Both the position numbers and the translations under genes were made by a program. From Phoronis australis (Eukaryota > Animalia > Phoronida), in the NCBI GenBank assembly GCA_002633005.1, contig NMRA01000510.1:125438-189437 (forward strand): a stretch of DNA of 64,000 nt, written 5' to 3'. Below, one piece after another: positions 36,401-48,343 of the stretch (position 1 is its first letter; each line of letters begins with the position of its first letter). A model generated the notes under the pieces. The model was not told the origin of the DNA. It was given only the letters and a program-made list of their open reading frames with translations, and did no database searches.

Positions 36401-39400
36401 GATCACATTCATTAACAATTTCAACGAACTGTCTTTGTTGATTAAGCTGGTCCCAGTGACACAAAAGTCTGTGGACATGTGTGATGATGTGTCTAGTCGG
36501 GGTTGAAAATAATTCTCGTTATTTTCAGAGATTTCATTGAGAACAGTTATACAGCTATCAAACAGAATAACCCAAAGTTCCCTATTTTGATTCGGGAATG
36601 TAGTGGTGTCCAGCCAAAAGTCTTCGCCAGATATGGTAGGTAATTTTGATACCAACTTTGGAATGAGATTTCCTCTATGTGTCACATATTACAAGTAAGT
36701 GGTTTAGGGTAGAGTCAAGAGGTGGCTCTCAAGTATACACAACTTATCAGCCCGTTACCTAGTGTATGGCTTGGTTTTTTTTGAGCTTAAAATTTCTGCT
36801 TTAGATGGCACTGCAGCACACTGCATGTCCCAGTGACAGTGTAGCCACTCCATAATTTAACAACGGCTCTCGTAAAACAGATCCAAGTGAACATCTCCGG
36901 ATTTCATCTGAGAAAGATAAAGTCCAACTTTTCTGAATCCGACTTTTGCATTTCCAACTTACCAAAGTTTTTACTTTTCTTGAAATATACATGTTGTCAT
37001 ATAAATGGCTATTGAAAGACATTATGTATATTCAAATCTTGGGTGCAGGTTCTTGTAGCAGTTCCTATAGTAAACGTTCTACAGTTTGTGTCAATCTCTA
37101 AAATTTGGGACACCAAATTCTAACAGAAATTGATTTTTTTTTATTTTAAAGATTGGGCTGTTTTTTATCAACAGTCTGAGACTAGACTTGGCAGTTCATC
37201 AAATCGTAGAAAATTTTTGCTGGTGTGCTGTTCTCACCTATACCCATAGTTTGTAACATGGTGGTCAATGCTTGTGTTGTCTGTATCGTTATTTTTGAAT
37301 TTGGGCTGGCCAATAAAATGCATAATTTTAAAATCTGTTACAGGCTCCAACCTTGTGCAAAATGATAAAACTTTCCTGTGCAAAACTAGAGGACCGTAGT
37401 ATTAGCATTTGTAGGAGTAAATTGGCATCTCTGGCACCAACCTTTTCAATCAAATATTATTAGCATTTGTGTTCGTATTAAACTTTTTATGGATATTTAA
37501 AGCCGCCAAGGAGTTGTTGGACTCTTAGTAGTTGACTATGTACACAAAAATAACAAATAAATGGCTTTGTATGTGTTCTTTAGAAGCCTTTTAAATTGAG
37601 AAAATGAATTACAGACTAGTCAACTCAATAAGTTTCCAATTAAGGAAGAGAACAGTGTCAAAAAACTGACATTATTTTTGATTGCTGGAAGTCGACTATG
37701 GTGAGAAACTAGGCTATGAGTTATTGAGGTTTGCACTTAGAGCACTTCATTGGGGGCATTTGTTGTTTGTTGTCTCAATTTTTATGCGTCCACATTAATA
37801 TGTGGGTGCATTATGTTGTCATCTCACTTCAGGAGTCCATGAGCTGATGTTGAGTTCAGGAGAATTCCTATTTTACTGAGTCTTTCCCTATTGGCAATAT
37901 AGATTTTCTTTCTGTATGATTTAATTTATACCAATTCCTCAATAGATCTTCATGGCATTTTGCATAAATGTTCCTGTGAGGGAAATATGGCACCTTCCCC
38001 ATTTCAGATGGATTTGGTCTTTTGTGCCCCCTATTGGCCATTTTTATCGTATTCTTTTTTAGTCTACTTCCCTATCAGCAAATCACATGAAGAGTCAACA
38101 TTAAGGGTGGCGGATGTATTTTTATTGTGGAGAACTTGGCCGCTATTATTTGCCTGCCTGTTCTAGTATAGCGCTCCTTTGTGGCTATTTTTGTTTTGTA
38201 TGCATCTGCCCCACTATATATAAGATCTTGAAATTTGGCATGTGTGTTTGCTGTTGGGGGAATCCTAGCAGGTGCTGGTTTTTGGATAGGTCTGGCTACT
38301 GTGGTGCCCTCTAGTGACAGATTGCCACTGCGTCTGCATTAATATGTGAAAGGTTCTGTGATGGGTCTTCATAAAATTTGTCTCGTGTGTTCCTAATGAG
38401 AGCTTGCAGCACTGATTCTCAGATAGATACTACTGTGGAATAATTTGAAAAATGAACACCCCTTATTTCTTTGCATACCAACACATTGCATTGCTCGTTG
38501 GGTTTTGATCTTCGTAACTGTGCTTTAGGTTTTGTTGGACCTTATGGACAAGTGTGTGCAAATATCTACATAACTGTAGTTTTGACCTCGGTAAAAGTTT
38601 TTCTGTCATCCAAAAATAGAAAGCCTGTAGAATTTCGTATTTGACATTTACCAATCAGTCATTAATTGGATCATGTGGCCATGGCTCTTTTAATAAAATT
38701 TAGGAAAAAAGAAGGTTATATTGATGGCACAGCAGTATCAGTAACGTGACAAAATTTCATTTAATAAATCTTAAAAAAAGGTTTCAATTTTCTTCATTAT
38801 TTTGTTTTTGTTTCATGTCAATTTTCGATTCTTTCATAGAAATCAATTCTTATTTTTCATAGCCTCTCATGATAAAGTGGGTAACTTTTAAAAACAATTC
38901 TTGTTTAATTTGAACCTGATCATCAATTTTAGAAGTATGATGTTCTGAACTCAAGCAAAACTGGCCCATTTTTCTAAGGGTACTTCATAACCTAATGTAA
39001 TACCGTAAGTTAATTGAAATCAAAGTATTCTACTTCTCATGTAATTTTCAATTGGTTTTATTTACTGATATGACTCACTTTCTTAAAATAGGCATAATAG
39101 CATCCAAGTACAATATGTGAATCTGATGCTACTAATATTCCAATATCACCATGCCAACTATCAGTCAGTTTCATTACATGTCCACTGAAAGTGCTGTTGC
39201 CAAGCTTAGATGTTGTAACCTCTTTCAAGCATACCCAGGTTTTTTCTGCAATCAGTAAGGCCTCTGTCTCATCAAACTCGTTGTCAAAACATCTGAGCCC
39301 ATCATGATAAATTAAATAGGCTTTAAACACACTGAGATAACCTACTGCTATGGGTTACAGCCTACTGCACTAAATTGGGAACTACAAACCTTACGCGTAA

Positions 39401-42400
39401 GTAATGAGCTGGCAATTTTCACATGAGTATGACCAGTGACGTTAATTATATAGCTACGAACATTTTGTCCTATCAGCACACCATCCTTTGGCCACATTAC
39501 GTGACCTAATGATGTGGCCAAAATATGGTGTGCTGACGGGACAAAATGTTCGCAAGATATTTCCGCGCCATATTGAAATAGATATATTTATAAAAATTAT
39601 ATAGTTCATTGATTACAATTATTTATATTAGAATGAACCTAAAAATGAAAGCGCTCCGAGGAGCGAACCTTGGCGAAATTAACCAAAAAGATGACGATAA
39701 AGATGATGACAAAGATGACGAATATGACGACGATGGTGAAAAAAAGAAGTATTAATAACATACACATGGCAAACGTAGAGGTCCGAAATCAGTAAGAAAA
39801 AGGCTACAGTCTTGTGCGACACTTGGCGAAAATAACGGAAAAGACAACGACGGAGATGATGACGAAGATGACGAAGATGATGACGAATATGATGATGGTG
39901 GTGGCGATGATGAACAACATCACAACATTCATATGACGAACTTAGATGTCATAAATCAATAAGAAATAGGCTACAGTCTAGTTCAAAAGAGGATATACCA
40001 ACATCAATGCAGCAAGAGCGCTCAACAAAGGAACAGCGTTATCAGAAAATCTCAAATAACTCGAAAAGTAGACGTCCTAGCGAAAAATGGAAAACATCTT
40101 CTGAAAGCCCGTTCAAAATTCTATCTAAACAGATGGTATCGCCTAATTCCGTAAATTTTTCGAAAAAAATGAAATTTTGCTTATTTTTTAAGAAATTCAA
40201 AGTCAAATAACTCGAAAACGGTAAGTCTGAGAAAAAAATTGTTACAGTTCATTTGAAAGAGTATACCTTAGAGAATCCACATGCAAAAATTCACGTCTTT
40301 TCCTTCACCCGTTTAAATAGCATCTACGTACGACTGAAAATAGGTCAACATGCACAAGATCCGCCATCTTGAATGCAACTTCCGGTTTTTTGGGTTGATA
40401 TAATAGCATTTCACAAAAAACTAATATCCGTAAAACTTCAAAGGAATTGGTCTTATAGTGCGCCCTCTACAGGAGAAAACGTTTTTAGGCCAAAATCGAG
40501 GTGCGCATGCGCGATCGCCGATATTTCCGCCATCTTTAACCGGAAGTAAACAATTTCCGGCATACTTGTAGCAAACTTCCGGTCCATTTACTGTGCCGAT
40601 TCTTAGCCTTTTACGTAAAAAATTGTAGCCTCCAGAAGCATTTGAACCTTTAAATGGAAACAAAATGGCCGCCACAGCCGCCATCTTGGATCCGATTTTG
40701 ACGAAAAACAATAGGCTTCCAGTACTTCCGGAAGTACGTGTTATGTGTAAATTTCGTGATGATCGGACGAAAATTGCGACCTGTATCGTGCGAACAAACA
40801 AAAAAAAAAAAAAACAAACATAGTGTCAGAGCAATATACTTGGCGAAATTTATTTCGCCAAGTAAAAAACAAACATAGTGTCAGAGCAATATACTTGGCG
40901 AAATTTATTTCGCCAAGTAAAAAAACAAACTTAGTGGAAGAGCAACATACTTGGCGAAATTTATTTCACCAAGTAATAATTTCATGACTTCTTCAGTACA
41001 GAACAGGGGAGTATGAATAGCTCATACCTGAATAAGGCAAGTTTTGCATTGAAAGTTGAGTGTTGTGTAAACATAAGCGAGTTGAATATGCTTTGGGAGT
41101 TAAAACTGTGATGAGACGGGCGTTGGCAAAGACAGAGGCTCTTATAAGGAAGGTTCATTTGTATAAATTGGGAGTGGGCAGTAAGCCAAACATGACATTG
41201 AGATCTGCCTTTGTGACAAAGCCTTTAAACTTTCTCTGAGATACTCTTTCTTTCAAGGGAGTGGCCTGCATATCTTGAAAGTTAAAAAAGTTTTTTTAAA
41301 AATGTTTGTATTAATTTTTTATGCGCCCACATATTGATATGGGGGTACATTTTGCCGTCATCTCTGTCTGGGTTTCCGGACATCTGGGCATTCGGCATCC
41401 GCATCTCCTTAACCCCGTGAAGGATCTTATTGAAATTTGCCAGGTGTGTTACTATGGGGCTGACAACAGAGGACGTCGAGTTCCGTACCGATCCAAACAC
41501 CATTGTGTCCCTATTGGCAACATAGTGCTTGATGGATTTTCATAAAATTCGGCAAATAGCTTTTTAATATGGGGGTGATGATGCTATTTTTTGCGGATGG
41601 ATTTGACAGGTTTTACACCACCTTGTGGTCATTTTTCTTATTTTTGCGTCCATTTTCTGGCATCTGCCTTTCTATCTGCCATACTGCTCAAAGGATCATT
41701 ATGAAAATTTACAGATATGTTGCTGATGAGAAGGCCATGAATGATGTTGACTTTCAGATGGGTCTGACAACTGCGTTGCCCCCTAGTAGCGATTTTGTTT
41801 CTTTTGCGTCTGCGACTGAATCTCCTTAGTCCTTTGAAGGATAATAGTGAGATTTAAAAAGGGTTTGTTCGTATGAAACTGATGACAGACAACCACGGAT
41901 TTCGAACCAATTCGACTACTGCTCTCGCAGTTTCTTTTTATGTTTTTGTCTATATCTTTGGAGTTCCTTGATGGATTTGCATGAAGTTTAGCTAATAGGT
42001 TTCTATTAAAAAGGCAATGATGCCTTCGCGTTTTTGGACAGATTTGGCATATACTGCGCTACCTGGTGGCAATTAAATTCTGAGAATGTTTTTGACGTCC
42101 ACCTTTGTATCTGCCGAATTTCTCAAAGGATCATTTTGAAATTGGCTTACCCGGTATGCATTTCCGAGGAGAGCACCACTGCTGACACTGATTTTCGGGC
42201 AGATTCGACTACTGTGGCAACCCCTAGTGGCATTTTTTTTGCATCTGCGTCTATATCTCCTTAATTCTAAAGATGATTTTGAAAACTGGCGTTTATGTTT
42301 CTGCTGTGAAGAGGATGGCTAATGATGATTTTTGGACGACAGACTAATGTGGCGCCTCCTAGTGGCAGTGTTTTAGCGTCTATGGTTGTATCTCCAAAAC

Positions 42401-43382
42401 CCTCTTCGGGTTCTTTATTAAATTTGGCAAATGTATTTATGTGAAGTTGACAACAGACAGTGATATTTGGACAGATTTGAATGCTGTTGTGTCCCCTAGT
42501 GGCAATTTTATTTTTTCCGTCTGTGGCTGTATCTGCTTTACCCTTTGCAAGATCTGAACTATAACAATTGTGTTCTTATGGAGAAGGCAACAGATGACAG
42601 CGAGTTTCAGACCAATCCAACTATGGCTGTGCTCCCTAGTTGCAGTTATGTTTTTTATGTTTACCTCTATAACTTCAAAGTTCCTTGAGGGTTTTTCATG
42701 AAGTTTGGCAGACATATTTCTTTAATGAAGGTGACAGCACCTTTCTTTTTTTGTGATGTATTCGACTAGTGGCCATTTTGATTATTTTTAGTCTGTTTTT
42801 TTGTCTTCTGTTACTGTATCTGCCTAAATGCACATAGGATCATTATGGAAAATAGCAATTGTTTTTCTACTGACAAGAGCATGACTGACATTGATTTTCA
42901 AAGGGGTCCAACTGCTGTGGTGCCCCCTAGTGACATTCTTTGCATCTGCGGCTGTATCTCCTAAACCCCTTACAAGATGGAAATTTGAAATACTTGTATT
43001 CTTATTAACTTCACATCAAGGGGATGGATTTGACTACTGCTGTGGTAGCTAGTGGCAGTTTTTTTTTCGTTTGCTCTTTATCTTTGGAATTCTTTGACGG
43101 ATTTTCATGAATTTTGGCAAACAGTTTGGAGAGGCGACTCCTTCCCATTCTGGATTCATTATATTCCGTGCCATCTAGTGACCATTTTTTAAAATATAAA
43201 TTAACAGCCCTTGAAGCAACACCGTTTGTGGTAGTCGTGGGCGCATTTCAACGCTCTGCGTTAACCTTGTATAATTAATTTATATTCTTTCAGAATATGG
43301 AAAAGAGACAAGCCAATCGCTGGCCGATTTAAGTAGTGAGCAGGTTCTGCAAACAGTGGAAAAGCTTAACGCAACCAGTTAA
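30378..43382 (+). CDS. NDUFA2: NADH:ubiquinone oxidoreductase subunit A2 (B8), 3 exons, 95 aa
   Basis: Exons 30378-30469, 36529-36635 and 43294-43382 join to 288 nt: [103 protein letters not shown] and [12 protein letters not shown] are the family motifs. Confidence 0.95.
30596..31054 (-). mobile_element. TRIM-type non-autonomous LTR retroelement with tRNA-derived LTRs (TRIMp3/Helenus-like)
   Basis: Read on the minus strand: partial 5' LTR 31054-30958 ending TACA; PBS TGGCGCCCAAGCAAGG 30956-30941; ~160-bp non-coding internal region; PPT GGGAAGAGGGAATAG 30778-30764; 3' LTR 30763-30596 (TGT...ACA, 168 bp). The 3' LTR contains A-box TGGCCGAATGG and B-box GGTTCAAGTCC. Confidence 0.8.
31053..31112 (+). 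repeat. Inverted partial copy of the tRNA-derived LTR
   Basis: gcttgactgtcgctcgtgcaacccgggttcaag...aaattttctac is the reverse complement of 30958-31017 except for a divergent patch after the B box. Confidence 0.8.
31303..31610 (+). pseudogene. THAP zinc-finger domain remnant (transposase N-terminus)
   Basis: C-x4-C (CIVSAC), FFRF, W, C-x2-HF (VCGWHF) and, after a frameshift, KSDVVPSVF (AVPT-like box). Confidence 0.8.
31770..32700 (-). pseudogene. KolX / P2X7 cytoplasmic-ballast-like Cys-rich protein remnant, interrupted by a MITE
   Basis: Manual translation: ...[15 protein letters not shown].../ [32 protein letters not shown]...[18 protein letters not shown]|TTFLG. It has a frameshift and an in-frame stop. 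Confidence 0.7.
31833..32400. mobile_element. PIF/Harbinger-type MITE
   Basis: TIRs GGGCTGTTCCAGTAAAATCTGTATGGGAGGGG / CCCCTCCCACACAGATTTTGCTGGAACAGCCC; perfect TAA TSD at 31830-31832 and 32401-32403. Confidence 0.88.
35380..35995 (-). mobile_element. Decayed 3' fragment of an RLE-type non-LTR retrotransposon (HERO/NeSL-like)
   Basis: TPVNLRT*G...[14 protein letters not shown]...[13 protein letters not shown] (zinc knuckle) and LRPDIVLWS...ILIELTVP*E...AHER (PD-(D/E)xK-type endonuclease), with stops. Confidence 0.8.
36529..36635 (+). CDS. NDUFA2: NDUFA2 exon 2
   Basis: ttttcag|A GAT TTC...[19 protein letters not shown]|gtagg. Confidence 0.95.
37779..38470 (+). mobile_element. Truncated/degenerate HINE-like copy
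   Basis: TTTTTATGCGTCCACATTAATATGTGGGTGCAT head hairpin as at 41317; CCCTATTGGC/CTCTAGTG repeats; right boundary uncertain. Confidence 0.55.
39457..39552. repeat. 96-bp imperfect palindrome
   Basis: CGAACATTTTGTCC..TCAGCACACCAT..TTTGGCCACAT / ATGTGGCCAAA..ATGGTGTGCTGA..GGACAAAATGTTCG. Confidence 0.8.
39640..40978 (-). mobile_element. Second HINE family with a triplicated 5' head and GAT/GAC microsatellite
   Basis: Head palindrome TACTTGGCGAAAT-TT-ATTTCGCCAAGTA occurs three times (40811-40976). The subTIR TTGGCGAAAT and stem-loop CGCTCC-GA-GGAGCG lie at 39652-39680. Confidence 0.68.
41317..43270 (+). mobile_element. Helentron-associated non-autonomous element (HINE/DINE-1-like) with central degenerate tandem repeats
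   Basis: 5' TTTT plus subTIR ATGCGCCCAC (41321) with an adjacent partial IR; central repeats with a CCCTAGTGGCA core; 3' subTIR GTGGGCGCAT (43237); terminal stem-loop AACGC-TCT-GCGTT. Confidence 0.75.
43294..43382 (+). CDS. NDUFA2: NDUFA2 exon 3
   Basis: ctttcag|AA TAT GGA AAA GAG...TAA. Confidence 0.92.
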
Positions 43383-43599
43383 TTTAAGTTGTGGACTCAT
43401 TAGACTGGTTGGGAGATTAATATTGTGTTAGTGTGATGCAGCATTCTTATTTGTTTTGTTTAGACTTACTGAGTGGCTGGTGTCAGTCAACAATTATCAT
43501 GGCTTCCTGCAGGCATTTTGATTCTCAAAATGTGCTTGGCACAACATAAAATTAATCTTGTGCCGGTTTCCCATATGCAAAACTTGTTTTGTCACTTCG

Positions 43600-43748
43600 T
43601 AGATTGGTTCTTATTTACGCAATCAAGCAAAAACATTGTACCTTGACAGTTTCGACTTCTCACAGCAGCCATCTTTGGAAGTTATAGCTATTGGATACTA
43701 AGTGGAGTACAACATTTTTGCTTGGTTGCGTAAATAAGAACCTATCTA
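43600..43748. mobile_element. 149-bp foldback MITE (TAG termini, Academ-like) downstream of the NDUFA2 stop
   Basis: TAGATTGGTTCTTATTTACGCAATCAAGCAAAAACATTGTAC / GTACAACATTTTTGCTTGGTTGCGTAAATAAGAACCTATCTA, a ~42-bp inverted repeat. Confidence 0.7.
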
Positions 43749-44888
43749 TGTTTTCTCTACCAACCTAATGAAATTATTTAGTGACATTTTTTTGTCTCTA
43801 TTTTATCACAAATACCCTCCGGCCCCTACCTCTGTCCTCGCAACGTAATGTGGTTACCTGTAATGATTACTTCTACAAGAGTGCAGTTAACCTTTCCCAC
43901 TCCAAGGACTTGTGCAATTTTGCAGTGTAATCCACCTGTTTTGAGAGGAATTGACTGTTGAAGTCTGTAAAACATGGGTGTTACAGTGTTGATGAGAAAG
44001 CGACATTGGTTACAGTCATGCAGGCGTTCAAATGCCTCCAAGTTTGTGTTTCTGTAAGTGTATTCAGAATGACATGTCATCTCCAATCGTATCAGAGGTA
44101 CAGTTTAATCTGGAGTTTCACCTGTTACTGTTTTAGTCTTATTGAAAGACAGTTGTTTGTGTGGTGATTCCATGCTCCAAATAAGTGGCAGTTACAATTG
44201 CAGTTTCTCCTAACTCATGGCTTATAAAGGAAGTCATCATGAAATAGGCTGATTACCATTAGCGAACTTGTCTCTAACAATACGTGCCATGATAGCAGTT
44301 GGTTTCCACCAAAAAAATCAATTCAGAAATCAGGCTCAACCTTTATGAAGCAGCCCAAAGTGGGACACCTAGGTCATTCGTGTTGAATCTGTAGCATTTT
44401 GACATTATTTTTACTTGCTAGTTCCCTCTATGCTCTGTTCGTGGGTGAAAATCTGCCCTCTGGTAGACAAGTTTGACGCACGTTTTGTGAGTCCAAGCAG
44501 CATTGTTCAGTTAATTTTGCATTTTAGATGAGTAAAGAGAAAGTGAATAAATATTACTTTAATTTAGTCAGTGTTTCATTTTATTATTTGACTTAGTCTC
44601 TAATACAATATTCAGTGTTCTAGTAAAGGGCATTTTTCGTGACAAAAATATTTTTAATTGTTGTTACTAGCAGGAAGTTCACACAAGTCCCTCGGGCTAA
44701 TAATTTGGTGCTCACAAGTTCAGTTATTACAATAGCTAGAATGCAAGCTTTTATCTCTGGCTTCCAGTATTAGATAAATATCCTTCTTGCAGGAACTGGC
44801 GTTTTGAAACAATGCATTTCTTCATTTACTGCTGATGGCATCCTCGCAATTTACTTGAAGATCACTCATTTTATCTTCCTGGTCAGAT

Positions 44889-45139
44889 CAGGGCTTGGAA
44901 TTTTCCTCTTTTAATAGAATTAAGTCTTTTTGGTTCCATTTCCTCTTATTTGCTTCCAATTTCCTATTTTAGTCTCCTATTTTTGTCTCTTTTTATCATT
45001 ATTTTGACTTAATTCATGCAGATTTTTTCAGTTAAATTTCACAACACAAAAAAATATTTCTATCACTCAAGCCTATTTGTGTAATGGTACATAACCTGGA
45101 TATTTTTTCACTGTTTTGTCTCTGGCCATTCCAACCCTG
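44889..45139. mobile_element. Degenerate hAT-like MITE
   Basis: CAGGGCTTGGAAT / ATTCCAACCCTG termini; no TSD detected. Confidence 0.4.
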
Positions 45140-46059
45140 TAACCTTGCAAAACTTGGAAGTTTGTTTAAACTGAAAACAATTTTGAACAGATTACATGAA
45201 TTTTGGAAAGGTAAGAAAGATGGTGGACAAATGATTCAGTGCACACCAGTTTTTGGCTTTCAACATCAGCGCCTCCAAAAACAGATTTGTTGGAAAAGAG
45301 CAGCCAATGAAATCGAAGAAAGCAGGCGGCCTGACAAAAACAGACAATGGGAGTTGAATACAAATCATTTAGACATCGACAATGGATTACTGGACATCGA
45401 AATTAAATTAAATTAAAAATGTGAAGGTTCCACCTGCTTCAAGTCTTGTAGGCATTAGCTATTAACTTATAAACGTGGCCGACGGTGTCGTTTGTGCAAA
45501 ACAACAACCGATCTGCCATAAGCTGAAGGGAAATCTTGAGTTTTACCTATTCATGAATGGAGTTTCTGGTGTGGCCATTTTAGGGTTCCCAATCCTGATA
45601 CCGGTGATTTTTAAGCGTTTCTGACCTGTTGAGTGCTTGTATGTTGGTCTTGATAACCGGAAACATTTCCTTGTCAGTAAGAGGCCTAAACCCATTGTCG
45701 TCCATTGTCCATCTTAACCAACGGAAATGCAGTTCAAGCAACTGCAAGCGTGATAATCTGTTTGCACTATCACAAATTATAATGTTGGGATTTCAGTTGG
45801 AAAAGACGTCCATTCCAAAGAATCTGGTCATGAAATGCCCCCCCCCCCCCTCCTTGCACTAATCTGACAGACACCTCCTGGATGCATCTGNCAGTTACAG
45901 AACACTCAAAATTCCACGTTATAGACATACTCTTGTAGTTGTAGCGACAGCAGACGATAATGTAGGCCTAGTTCTTGGGGTGGTCTATTTCAATAGGAAG
46001 CTATGAATCAGCGCGGCTTTGCGTGATTTTGCATTTCACATCATAAAGAGTTCCATAGC

Positions 46060-46215
46060 AACTCGAGTATGAGTGTCATATTTGAGTACGTTTGGAGTCT
46101 ACTCGAAATCCGACATTAGATACGCTTTTTTGAGTACGACTCCAGTGAGCACGATTTTGAGTATGAAATCTCGAGTATGAGTATGAGTCTGAGTACGGAG
46201 ATTGGAGACCGGGCC
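46060..46215. mobile_element. Right end of a MITE related to the 19878-20278 element
   Basis: GATTGGAGACCGGGCC is the reverse complement of the 19878 left TIR; repeated CTCGAG/GAGTA motifs. Confidence 0.6.
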
Positions 46216-47387
46216 CTGATTATATACGAAGTTAAACTCGAGTACTGTGTCATAAGAACTTTATATCAATATTAAAACATACATGTACAGTTATAGAGCA
46301 CTATTTACAATACGTCTAGGGTCTAAGGCCGGTAATATTAACCAAAACAGCTTTAAGTTTAAATCTTAACAAGCACTCGGTTCATTAACGTATCTCATAA
46401 AACTGGTAGTTACGTCTGAATTTGAAAAACTATCAACAGATGAAACATTTCCCAAATAAACGCGGAGTTGCGTTAACAACGGGCTACCATCTTCTTGGCT
46501 ACCACCGGATTTATCATCTTTGATAGACCTCCATCTTATAATGGACAAACAAGCATGCACAAATTGGCCGTGTCTGTACTTTCAACAGTAGTTACATGTA
46601 ACTGTTGCAAATTGAAAACGGTTTAATATAAACATTTCGGATTTTCGCAACTGGAGCACTATTTAGCTCTAAAGACTATTCTGAATAATCAAAAATTTGT
46701 TGTCGGAATCGAAGACGCATATTTGATTTTTGACACTGGTTGTTGACTTCCGTCAAAACTCAGCTTATCAATAAAATAATGCCCTTAATCCATCTTACAG
46801 TGTTCCTGCTAAGCTCCGGATGTGGCAACGAGGTGGGTGGTTGACTTCTGTTGCCCATACGTTTCTCTCACCACAGGGCTCCGGTAGGCTACAGTACACG
46901 ACTTGTAAAAGATGTAGTTAGTAACATCTTTACATTTACTTTACAATTGTTGAGCTAGCACAATCAAGACTTGAAGCTTAAGATGAGCCTCACGAAAATG
47001 CCCCGCAGGCATTTCTACAAGCACAGTTAAGAAATTTGAGACTAGTGACTCACTACTCTGAGCACAGTTGCTAAAAACTTAGGCGTGGTCACTCAAAAAA
47101 TTTTTGTGTGATGCCTCATGATTTGAACATAACGGAGAGAACACTCAAGGTAGGACCACTCATAATATCTGATCACTTGTCAATATTGCACATAAATTTC
47201 TATTTCGCAAATGATGGTTACACATAATGATTGACACCGCCGGGTCAACAGGCCATGACATCGATGACGGCCTCCGGTTTGGTGGCCAGGCAAACACATC
47301 CACAAGACTAGACTAGACAATTACGATATAAATATACAAAGCACACGTGACCACTATATACACATAACAATGAATACCAATACAGTA

Positions 47388-47607
47388 CATGAGCGCACCC
47401 AGCTTATGATATAGGTGGGCTCGAATTTTTGTCAATATGGACCTTTTACTAAGAAAAAACGGGGGACAGAAAAAAACGGCCTATCACGTTCAGAGCTATG
47501 AATTGTGCATTCGCGCCTATTTAGTGGACTATTGTCTCGTTTTCTCGGACTTTTTGTTTCCCTGAGACGGACCTTTTAGCCCACTTCACCCCCTGGGTGC
47601 GCGCATG
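47388..47607. mobile_element. 220-bp MITE with 5-bp TSD
   Basis: TIR CATGAGCGCACCCAG / CTGGGTGCGCGCATG; CAGTA on both flanks. Confidence 0.75.
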
Positions 47608-48343
47608 CAGTATTTAAAATAATCGCAGTGGATGCCTTACCACTCGGTGTTAATTACCGTTGGTGACAATCGACGCATCAGCACATATTCACGTTTTCCA
47701 TCAATTTCAGAATGAAAAAATAAACGATTACAAATGACGTATGTATATGACATTCAAATACCGAAATATACATTGCATGGTCTTGCTCAATTTGCGTTAC
47801 CTTCAAACAGAACACAAAAGGTTTCACAGTTGTTTCGAATGCAATAAGCAACGCAGCACAAGATTTGAAATATTTTGAGCAAGATGCTTTGCAAAACGGT
47901 CTTATCATTTTCCGGGACTCCCCTCCCTATGAGATCTTTTCAACTGGCCGACTCTCCAAATGTTTATCCCTCGACAGAAGAGTTTAACCACTCCAGCGGC
48001 ATTACATAGACTAGATTTATCCACAGAGGCAATGCAGTAAGATGAAGAGAAAGTATATAAGCGAAATGCGTGCTTGGCACAGTGGCGGTGTACGCGTCTG
48101 AAGTGATTGTCCGAGCTAATGATTTATAGTAGGCCTACTGAACACAATTACAAATTCATGACAGATTCATTCATTCACATAGGAAGCGTAGATAAAGACA
48201 TACCTTACGCGATCGCATAACAATTGCCACAAAAAATTCTTTGGACTTTCAGTTACTTTCCTAATCAGACAAGTAGCCTACAATATGAGTACGGCTAAAG
48301 ATATGGGCTTGCATTGGTGAACTTAGGAAAATTAACTCAACGC

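Noticed and set aside
39690-39915. Asp-rich coding-looking sequence
   Set aside because: GAT/GAC microsatellite inside a HINE, with no sustained ORF or splice context.
40811-40976. CRISPR-like array of palindromic repeats
   Set aside because: The intervening sequences are near-identical rather than unique spacers, the context is eukaryotic, and there are no cas genes. It is explained as a HINE head triplication.
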